Part shown: positions 51,233 through 61,950 of the stretch, in pieces | Layout: every line of letters begins with the position of its first letter | How positions within the stretch are numbered: the stretch's first letter is position 1 | Assembly: GCF_009914755.1 (NCBI RefSeq) | Contig: NC_060926.1 | DNA: 64,000 nucleotides | Strand: one strand, 5' to 3' | Source of the DNA: the human T2T-CHM13v2.0 reference genome, Homo sapiens | Program-made: the position numbers and the translations under genes | Notes under the pieces: generated by a model | Told to the model about the DNA's origin: nothing | What the model saw: only the letters and a program-made list of their open reading frames with translations | The model's database searches: none

Positions 51233-53752
51233 GATGAAAAAGGAACTATCTTCCAATAAAAGCTAGATAGAAGCAATGTCAGAAACTTTTTCATGATGTA
51301 TCTACTCAGCTAACAGAGTTGAACCTTCCTTTGAGAGAGCAGTTTTGAAACACTCTTTTTGTGGAATCTGCAAGTGGATATTTGTCTAGCTTTGAGGATT
51401 TCGTTGGAAACGGGATTACATATAAAAAGCAGACAGCAGCATTCCCAGAAACTTCTTTGTGATGTTTGCATTCAAGTCACAGAGTTGAACATTCCCTTTC
51501 ATAGAGCAGGTTTGAAACACTCTTTTTGTAGTATCTGGATGTGGACATTTGGAGCGCTTTCAGGCCTAAGGTGAAAAAGGAAATATCTTCCCCTGAAAAC
51601 TAGACAGAAGCATTCTCAGAAACTTATTTGTGATGTGCGCCCTCAACTAACAGTGTTGAAGCTTTCTTTTGATAGAGCAGTTTTGAAACACTCTTTTTGT
51701 AATATCTGCAAGAGGATATTTGGATAGCTTTGAGGATTTCGTTGGAAACGGGATTGTCTTCATATAAACTCTAGACAGAAGCATTCTCAGAAGCTTCATT
51801 GGGATGTTTCAATTGAAGTCACAGTGTTGAACAGTTCCTTTCATAGAACAGGTTTGAAACACTCTTTTTGTAGTATCTGGAAGTGGACATTTGGAGCGCT
51901 CTCAGGACTAGGGTGAAAAAGGAAATATCTTCCAATAAAAGCTAGATAGAAGCAATGTCAGAAACTTTTTCATGATGTATCTACTCAGCTAACAGAGTTG
52001 AACCTTTCCTTTGAGAGAGCAGTTTTGAAACACTCTTTTTGTGGAATCTGCAAGTGGATATTTGTCTAGCTTTGAGGATTTCGTTGGAAACGGGATTACA
52101 TATAAAAAGCAGACAGCAGCATTCCCAGTAACTTCTTTGTGATGTTTGCATTCAAGTCACAGAGTTGAACATTCCGTTTCATAGAGCAGGTTTGAAACAC
52201 TCTTTTTGTAGTATCTGGATGTGGACATTTGGAGCGCTTTCAGGCCTATGGTGAAAAAGGAAATATCTTCCCCTGAAAACTAGACAGAAGCATTCTCAGA
52301 AACTTATTTGTGATGTGCGCCCTCAACTAACAGTGTTCAAGCTTTCTTTTGATAGAGCAGTTTTGAAACACTCTTTTTGTAATATCTGCAAGAGGATATT
52401 TGGATAGCTTTGAGGATTTCGTTGGAAACGGGTTTGTCTTCATATAAACTCTAGACAGAAGCATTCTCAGAAGCTTCATTGGGATGTTTCAATTGAAGTC
52501 ACAGTGTTGAACAGTTCCTTTCATAGAACAGGTTTGAAACACTCTTTTTGTAGTATCTGGAAGTGGACATTTGGAGCGCTCTCAGGACTATGGTGAAAAA
52601 GGAAATATCTTCCAATAAAAGCTACATAGAAGCAATGTCAGAAACTTTTTCATGATGTATCTACTCAGCTAACAGAGTTGAACCTTTCCTTTGAGAGAGC
52701 AGTTTTGAAACACTCTTTTTGTGGAATCTGCAAGTGGATATTTGTCTAGCTTTGAGGATTTCGTTGGAAACGGGATTACATATAAAAAGCAGACAGCAGC
52801 ATTCCCAGTAACTTCTTTGTGATGTTTGCATTCAAGTCACAGAGTTGAATATTCCCTTTCATAGAGCAGGTTTGAAACACTCTTTTTGTAGTATCTGGAT
52901 GTGGACATTTGGAGCGCTTTCAGGCCTATGGTGAAAAAGGAAATATCTTCCCCTGAAAACTAGACAGAAGCATTCTCAGAAACTTATTTGTGATGTGCGC
53001 CCTCAACTAACAGTGTTGAACCTTTCTTTTGATAGAGCAGTTTTGAAACACTCTTTTTGTAATATCTGCAAGAGGATATTTGGATAGCTTTGAGGATTTC
53101 GTTGGAAACGGGATTACATATAAAAAGCAGACAGCAGCATTCCCAGAAACTTCTTTGTGATGTTTGCATTCAAGTCACAGAGTTGAACATTCCCTTTCAT
53201 AGAGCAGGTTTGAAACACTCTTTTTGTAGTATCTGGATGTGGACATTTGCAGCGCTTTCAGGCCTAAGGTGAAAAAGGAAATATCTTCCCCTGAAAACTA
53301 GACAGAAGCATTCTCAGAAACTTATTTGTGATGTGCACCCTCAACTAACAGTGTTGAAGCTTTCTTTTGATAGAGCAGTTTTGAAACACTCTTTTTGTAA
53401 AATCTGCAAGAGGATATTTGGATAGCTTTGAGGATTTCGTTGGAAACGGGATTGTCTTCATATAAACTCTACACAGAAGCATTCTCAGAAGCGTCATTGG
53501 GATGTTTCAATTGAAGTCACAGTGTTGAACAGTCCCTTTCATAGAGCAGGTTTGAAACACTCTTTTTGTAGTATCTGGATGTGGACATTGGGAGCGCTTT
53601 CAGGCCTATGGTTTAAAAGGAAATATCTTCCCCTGAAAACTAGACAGAAGCATTCTCAGAAACTTATTTGTGATGTGCGCCTTCAACTAACAGTGTTGAA
53701 GCATTTTTTTGATAGAGCAGTTTTGAAACACTCTTTTTGTGGAATCTGCAAG

Positions 53753-53760
53753 TGGATGGA
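53753..53760 (+). other. 4-bp micro tandem duplication (TGGA x2)
   Basis: caagtggatggatatttg versus caagtggatatttg elsewhere. Confidence 0.92.
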
Positions 53761-56700
53761 TATTTGTCTAGCTTTGAGGATTTCGTTGGAAACGGGATTA
53801 CATATAAAAAGCAGACAGCAGCATTCCCAGAAACTTCTTTGTGATGTTTGCATTCAAGTCACAGAGTTGAACATTCCCTTTCAGAGAGCAGGTTTGAAAC
53901 ACTCTTTTTGTAGTATCTGGATGTGGACATTTGGAGCGCTTTCAGGCCTATGGTGAAAAACGAAATATCTTCCCCTGAAAACTAGACAGAAGCATTCTCA
54001 GAATCTTATTTGTGATGTGCGCCCTCAACTAACAGTGTTGAAGCTTTCTTTTGATAGAGCAGTTTTGAAACACTCTTTTTGTAAAATCTGCAAGAGGATA
54101 TTTGGATAGCTTTGAGGATTTCGTTGGAAACGGGATTGTCTTCATATAAACTCTAGACAGAAGCATTCTCAGAAGCTTCATTGGGATGTTTCAATTGAAG
54201 TCACAGTGTTGAACAGTCCCTTTCATAGAGCAGGTTTGAAACACTCTTTTTGTAGTATCTGGAAGTGGACATTTGGAGCGCTCTCAGGACTACGGTGAAA
54301 AAGGAAATATCTTCCAATAAAAGCTAGACAGAAGCAATGTCAGAAACTTTTTCATGATGTATCTACTCAGCTAACAGAGTTGAACCTTCCTTTGAGAGAG
54401 CAGTTTTGAAACACTCTTTTTGTGGAATCTGCAAGTGGATATTTGTCTAGCTTTGAGGATTTCGTTGGAAACGGGATTGTCTTCATATAAACTCTAGACA
54501 GAAGCATTCTCAGAAGCTTCATTGGGATGTTTCAATTGAAGTCACAGTGTTGAACAGTTCCTTTCATAGAACAGGTTTGAAACACTCTTTTTGTAGTATC
54601 TGGAAGTGGACATTTGGAGCGCTCTCAGGACTACGGTGAAAAAGGAAATATCTTCCAATAAAAGCTACATAGAAGCAATGTCAGAAACTTTTTCATGATG
54701 TATCTACTCAGCTAACAGAGTTGAACCTTTCCTTTGAGAGAGCAGTTTTGAAACACTCTTTTTGTGGAATCTGCAAGTGGATATTTGTCTAGCTTTGAGG
54801 ATTTCGTTGGAAACGGGATTACATATAAAAAGCAGACAGCAGCATTCCCAGAATCTTCTTTGTGATGTTTGCATTCAAGTCACAGAGTTGAACATTCCCT
54901 TTCATAGAGCAGGTTTGAAACACTCTTTTTGTAGTATCTGGATTTGGACATTTGGAGCGCTTTCAGGCCTATGGTGAAAAAGGAAATATCTTCCCCTGAA
55001 AACTAGACAGAAGCATTCTCAGAATCTTATTTGTGATGTGCGCCCTCAACTAACAGTGTTGAAGCTTTCTTTTGATAGAGCAGTTTTGAAACACTCTTTT
55101 TGTAAAATCTGCAAGAGGATATTTGGATAGCTTTGAGGATTTCGTTGGAAACGGGATTGTCTTCATATAAACTCTAGACAGAAGCATTCTCAGAAGCTTC
55201 ATTGGGATGTTTCAATTGAAGTCACAGTGTTGAACAGTCCCTTTCATAGAGCAGGTTTGAAACACTCTTTTTGTAGTATCTGGAAGTGGACATTTGGAAC
55301 GATCTCAGGACTGCGGTGAAAAAGGAAATATCTTCCAATAAAAGCTAGATAGAAGCAATGTCAGAAACTTTTTCATGATGTATCTACTCAGCTAACAGAG
55401 TTGAACCTTCATTTGAGAGAGCAGTTTTGAAACACTCGTTTTGTGGAATCTGCAAGTGGATATTTGTCTAGCTTTGAGGATTTCGTTGGAAACGGGATTA
55501 CATATAAAAAGCAGACAGCAGCATTCCCAGAAACTTCTTTGTGATGTTTGCATTCAAGTCACAGAGTTGAACATTCCCTTTCATAGAGCAGGTTTGAAAC
55601 ACTCTTTTTGTAGTATCTGGATGTGGACATTTGCAGCGCTTTCAGGCCTAAGGTGAAAAAGGAAATATCTTCCCCTGAAAACTAGACAGAAGCATTCTCA
55701 GAAACTTATTTGTGATGTGCGCCCTCAACTAACAGTGTTGAAGCTTTCTTTTGATAGAGCAGTTTTGAAACACTCTTTTTGTAATATCTGCAAGAGGATA
55801 TTTGGATAGCTTTGAGGATTTCGTTGGAAACGGGATTGTCTTCATATAAACTCTAGACAGAAGCATTCTCAGAAGCTTCATTGGGATGTTTCAATTGAAG
55901 TCACAGTGTTGAACAGTTCCTTTCATAGAACAGGTTTGAAACACTCTTTTTGTAGTATCTGGAAGTGGACATTTGGAGCGCTCTCAGGACTATGGTGAAA
56001 AAGGAAATATCTTCCAATAAAAGCTACATAGAAGCAATGTCAGAAACTTTTTCATGATGTATCTACTCAGCTAACAGAGTTGAACCTTTCCTTTGAGAGA
56101 GCAGTTTTGAAACACTCTTTTTGTGGAATCTGCAAGTGGATATTTGTCTAGCTTTGAGGATTTCGTTGGAAACGGGATTACATATAAAAAGCAGACAGCA
56201 GCATTCCCAGTAACTTCTTTGTGATGTTTGCATTCAAGTCACAGAGTTGAACATTCCCTTTCATAGAGCAGGTTTGAAACACTCTTTTTGTAGTATCTGG
56301 ATGTGGACATTTGGAGCGCTTTCAGGCCTATGGTGAAAAAGGATATATCTTCCCCTGAAAACTAGACAGAAGCATTCTCAGAAACTTATTTGTGATGTGC
56401 GCCCTCAACTAACAGTGTTGAACCTTTCTTTTGATAGAGCAGTTTTGAAACACTCTTTTTGTAATATCTGCAAGAGGATATTTGGATAGCTTTGAGGATT
56501 TCGTTGGAAACGGGATTACATATAAAAAGCAGACAGCAGCATTCCCAGAATCTTGTTTGTGATGTTTGCATTCAAGTCACAGAGTTGAACATTCCCTTTC
56601 AGAGAGCAGGTTTGAAACACTCTTTTTATAGTATCTGGATGTGGACATTTGGAGCGCTTTCAGGCCTATGGTGAAAAAGGAAATATCTTCTCCTGTAAAC

Positions 56701-58876
56701 TAGACAGAAGCATTCTCAGAATCTTATTTGTGATGTGCGCCCTCAACTAACAGTGTTGAAGCTTTCTTTTGATAGAGCAGTTTTGAAACACTCTTTTCGT
56801 AAAATCTGCAAGAGGATATTTTGATAGCTTTGAGGATTTCGTTGGAAACGGGATTGTCTTCATATAAACTCTAGACAGAAGCATTCTCAGAAGCTTCATT
56901 GGGATGTTTCAATTGAAGTCACAGTGTTGAACAGTCCCTTTCATAGAGCAGGTTTGAAACACTCTTTTTGTAGTATCTGGAAGTGGACATTTGGAGAGAT
57001 CTCAGGAATACGGTGATAAAGGAAATATCTTCCAATAAAAGCTAGATAGAAGCAATGTCAGAAACTTTTTCATGATGTATCTACTCAGCTAACAGAGTTG
57101 AACCTTTCTTTTGAGAGAGCAGTTTTGAAACACTCTTTTTGTGGAATCTGCAAGTGGATATTTGGATAGCTTTGAGGATTTCGTTGGAAACGGGATTACA
57201 TATAAAAAGCAGACAGCAGCATTCCCAGTAACTTCTTTGTGATGTTTGCATTCAAGTCACAGAGTTGAACATTGCCTTTCATAGAGCAGGTTTGAAACAC
57301 TCTTTTTGTAGTATCTGGATGTGGACATTTGGAGCGCTTTCAGGCCTATGGTGAAAAAGGAAATATCTTCCCCTGAAAACTAGACAGAAGCATTCTCAGA
57401 ATCTTATTTGTGATGTGCGCCCTCAACTAACAGTGTTGAAGCTTTCTTTTGATAGAGCAGTTTTGAAACACTCTTTTTGTAAAATCTGCAAGAGGATATT
57501 TGGATAGCTTTGAGGATTTCGTTGGAAACGGGATTGTCTTCATATAAACTCTAGACAGAAGCATTCTCAGAAGCTTCATTGGGATGTTTCAATTGAAGTC
57601 ACAGTGTTGAACAGTCCCTTTCATAGAGCAGGTTTGAAACACTCTTTTTGTAGTATCTGGATGTGGACATTTGGAGCGCTTTCAGGCCTATGGTTTAAAA
57701 TGAAATATCTTCCCCTGAAAACTAGACAGAAGCATTCTCAGAAACTTATTTGTGATGTGCGCCCTCAACTAACAGTGTTGAAGCATTCTTTGGATAGAGC
57801 AGTTTTGAAACACTCTTTTTGTGGAATCTGCAAGTGGATATTTGTCTAGCTTTGAGGATTTCGTTGGAAACGGGATTACATATAAAAAGCAGACAGCAGC
57901 ATTCCCAGAAACTTCTTTGTGATGTTTGCATTCACGTCACAGAGTTGAACATTCCTTTTCATAGAGCAGGTTTGAAACACTCTTTTTGTAGTATCTGGAT
58001 GTGGACATTTGGAGCGCTTTCAGGCCAATGGTGAAAAAGGAAATATCTTCCCCTGAAAACTAGACAGAAGCATTCTCAGAAACTTATTTGTGATGTGCGC
58101 CCTCAACTAACAGTGTGGAAGCTTTCTTTTGATAGAGCAGTTTTGAAACACTCTTTTTGTAATATCTGCAAGAGGATATTTAGATAGCTTTGAGGATTTC
58201 GTTGGAAACGGGATTAATTATAAAAAGCAGATAGCAGCATTCCCAGAATCTTGTTTGTGATGTTTGCATTCAAGTCACAGAGTTGAACATTCCCTTTCAG
58301 AGAGCAGGTTTGAAACACTCTTTTTATAGTATCTGGATGTGGACATTTGGAGCGCTTTCAGGCCTATGGTGAAAAAGGAAATATCTTCTCCTGAAAACTA
58401 GACAGAAGCATTCTCAGAATCTTATTTGTGATGTGCGCCCTCAACTAACAGTGTTGAAGCTTTCTTTTGATAGAGCAGTTTTGAAACACTCTTTTCGTAA
58501 AATCTGCAAGAGGATATTTGGATAGCTTTGAGGATTTCGTTGGAAACGGGATTGTCTTCATATAAACTCTAGACAGAAGCATTCTCAGAAGCTTCATTGG
58601 GATGTTTCAATTGAAGTCACAGTGTTGAACAGTCCCTTTCATAGAGCAGGTTTGAAACACTCTTTTTGTAGTATCTGGAAGTGGACATTTGGAGAGATCT
58701 CAGGAATACGGTGATAAAGGTAATATCTTCCAATAAAAGCTAGATAGAAGCAATGTCAGAAACTTTTTCATGATGTATCTACTCAGCTAACAGAGCTGAA
58801 ACTTTCTTTTGAGAGAGCAGTTTTGAAACACTCTTTTTGTGGAATCTGCAAGTGGATATTTGTCTAGCTTTGAGGA

Positions 58877-58893
58877 TTGCGTTGGAAACGGGA
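58877..58893 (+). promoter_or_regulatory. Disrupted CENP-B box (TTCG to TGCG), copy of the 22179 variant
   Basis: TTGCGTTGGAAACGGGA at 22179+36698. Confidence 0.88.
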
Positions 58894-61800
58894 TTACATA
58901 TAAAAAGCAGACAGCAGCATTCCCAGTAACTTCTTTGTGATGTTTCCATTCAAGTCACAGAGTTGAACATTCCCTTTCATAGAGCAGGTTTGAAACACTT
59001 TTTTTGTAGTATCTGGATGTGGACATTTGGAGCGCTTTCAGGCCTATGGTGAAAAAGGAAATATATTCCAATAAAAGCTAGATAGAAGCAATGTCAGAAA
59101 CTTTTTCATGATGTATCTACTCAGCTAACAGAGTTGAACCTTTCTTTTGAGAGAGCAGTTTTGAAACACTCTTTTTGTAAAATCTGCAAGAGGATATTTG
59201 GATAGCTTTGAGGATTTCGTTGGAAACGGGATTGTCTTCATATAAACTCTAGACAGAAGCATTCTCAGAAGCGTCATTGGGATGTTTCAATTGAAGTCAC
59301 AGTGTTGAACAGTCCCTTTCATAGAGCAGGTTTGAAACACTCTTTTTGTAGTATCTGGATGTGGACATTTGGAGCGCTTTCAGGCCTATGGTTTAAAAGG
59401 AAATATCTTCCCCTGAAAACTAGACAGAAGCATTCTCAGAAACTTATTTGTGATGTGCGCCTTCAACTAACAGTGTTGAAGCATTCTTTTGATAGAGCAG
59501 TTTTGAAACACTCTTTTTGTGGAATCTGCAAGTGGATATTTGTCTAGCTTTGAGGATTTCGTTGGAAACGGGATTACATATAAAAAGCAGACAGCAGCAT
59601 TCCCAGAAACTTCTTTGTGATGTTTGCATTCAAGTCACAGAGTTGAACATTCCCTTTCAGAGAGCAGGTTTGAAACACTCTTTTTGTAGTATCTGGATGT
59701 GGACATTTGGAGCGCTTTCAGGCCTATGGTGAAAAAGGAAATATCTTCCCCTGAAAACTAGACAGAAGCATTCTCAGAATCTTATTTGTGATGTGCGCCC
59801 TCAACTAACAGTGTTGAAGCTTTCTTTTGATAGAGCAGTTTTGAAACACTCTTTTTGTAAAATCTGCAAGAGGATATTTGGATAGCTTTGAGGATTTCGT
59901 TGGAAACGGGATTGTCTTCATATAAACTCTAGAGAGAAGCATTCTCAGAAGCTTCATTGGGATGTTTCAATTGAAGTCACAGTGTTGAACAGTCCCTTTC
60001 ATAGAGCAGGTTTGAAACACTCTTTTTGTAGTATCTGGAAGTGGACATTTGGAGCGCTCTCAGGACTGCGGTGAAAAAGGAAATATCTTCCAATAAAAGC
60101 TAGATAGAAGCAATGTCAGAAACTTTTTCATGATGTATCTACTCAGCTAACAGAGTTGAACCTTCCTTTGAGAGAGCAGTTTTGAAACACTCTTTTTGTG
60201 GAATCTGCAAGTGGATATTTGTCTAGCTTTGAGGATTTCGTTGGAAACGGGATTACATATAAAAAGCAGACAGCAGCATTCCCAGAAACTTCTTTGTGAT
60301 GTTTGCATTCAAGTCACAGAGTTGAACATTCCCTTTCATAGAGCAGGTTTGAAACACTCTTTTTGTAGTATCTGGATGTGGACATTTGCAGCGCTTTCAG
60401 GCCTAAGGTGAAAAAGGAAATATCTTCCCCTGAAAACTAGACAGAAGCATTCTCAGAATCTTATTTGTGATGTGCGCCCTCAACTAACAGTGTTGAAGCT
60501 TTCTTTTGATAGAGCAGTTTTGAAACACTCTTTTTGTAAAATCTGCAAGAGGATATTTGGATAGCTTTGAGGATTTCGTTGGAAACGGGATTGTCTTCAT
60601 ATAAACTCTAGACAGAAGCATTCTCAGAAGCTTCATTGGGATGTTTCAATTGAAGTCACAGTGTTGAACAGTCCCTTTCATAGAGCAGGTTTGAAACACT
60701 CTTTTTGTAGTATCTGGATGTGGACATTTGGAGCGCTTTCAGGCCTATGGTTTAAAATGAAATATCTTCCCCTGAAAACTAGACAGAAGCATTCTCAGAA
60801 ACTTATTTGTGATGTGCGCCCTCAACTAACAGTGTTGAAGCATTCTTTGGATAGAGCAGTTTTGAAACACTCTTTTTGTGGAATCTGCAAGTGGATATTT
60901 GTCTAGCTTTGAGGATTTCGTTGGAAACGGGATTACATATAAAAAGCAGACAGCAGCATTCCCAGAAACTTCTTTGTGATGTTTGCATTCACGTCACAGA
61001 GTTGAACATTCCTTTTCATAGAGCAGGTTTGAAACACTCTTTTTGTAGTATCTGGATGTGGACATTTGGAGCGCTTTCAGGCCAATGGTGAAAAAGGAAA
61101 TATCTTCCCCTGAAAACTAGACAGAAGCATTCTCAGAAACTTATTTGTGATGTGCGCCCTCAACTAACAGTGTGGAAGCTTTCTTTTGATAGAGCAGTTT
61201 TGAAACACTCTTTTTGTAATATCTGCAAGAGGATATTTAGATAGCTTTGAGGATTTCGTTGGAAACGGGATTAATTATAAAAAGCAGATAGCAGCATTCC
61301 CAGAATCTTGTTTGTGATGTTTGCATTCAAGTCACAGAGTTGAACATTCCCTTTCAGAGAGCAGGTTTGAAACACTCTTTTTATAGTATCTGGATGTGGA
61401 CATTTGGAGCGCTTTCAGGCCTATGGTGAAAAAGGAAATATCTTCTCCTGAAAACTAGACAGAAGCATTCTCAGAATCTTATTTGTGATGTGCGCCCTCA
61501 ACTAACAGTGTTGAAGCTTTCTTTTGATAGAGCAGTTTTGAAACACTCTTTTCGTAAAATCTGCAAGAGGATATTTGGATAGCTTTGAGGATTTCGTTGG
61601 AAACGGGATTGTCTTCATATAAACTCTAGACAGAAGCATTCTCAGAAGCTTCATTGGGATGTTTCAATTGAAGTCACAGTGTTGAACAGTCCCTTTCATA
61701 GAGCAGGTTTGAAACACTCTTTTTGTAGTATCTGGAAGTGGACATTTGGAGAGATCTCAGGAATACGGTGATAAAGGTAATATCTTCCAATAAAAGCTAG

Positions 61801-61933
61801 ATAGAAGCAATGTCAGAAACTTTTTCATGATGTATCTACTCAGCTAACAGAGCTGAAACTTTCTTTTGAGAGAGCAGTTTTGAAACACTCTTTTTGTGGA
61901 ATCTGCAAGTGGATATTTGTCTAGCTTTGAGGA

Positions 61934-61950
61934 TTGCGTTGGAAACGGGA
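61934..61950 (+). promoter_or_regulatory. Disrupted CENP-B box (TTCG to TGCG), third copy
   Basis: TTGCGTTGGAAACGGGA at 58877+3057. Confidence 0.88.

Noticed and set aside
53522-53956. 144-aa ORF
   Set aside because: Created by a 4-bp duplication fusing two repeat-derived frames; internally repetitive.
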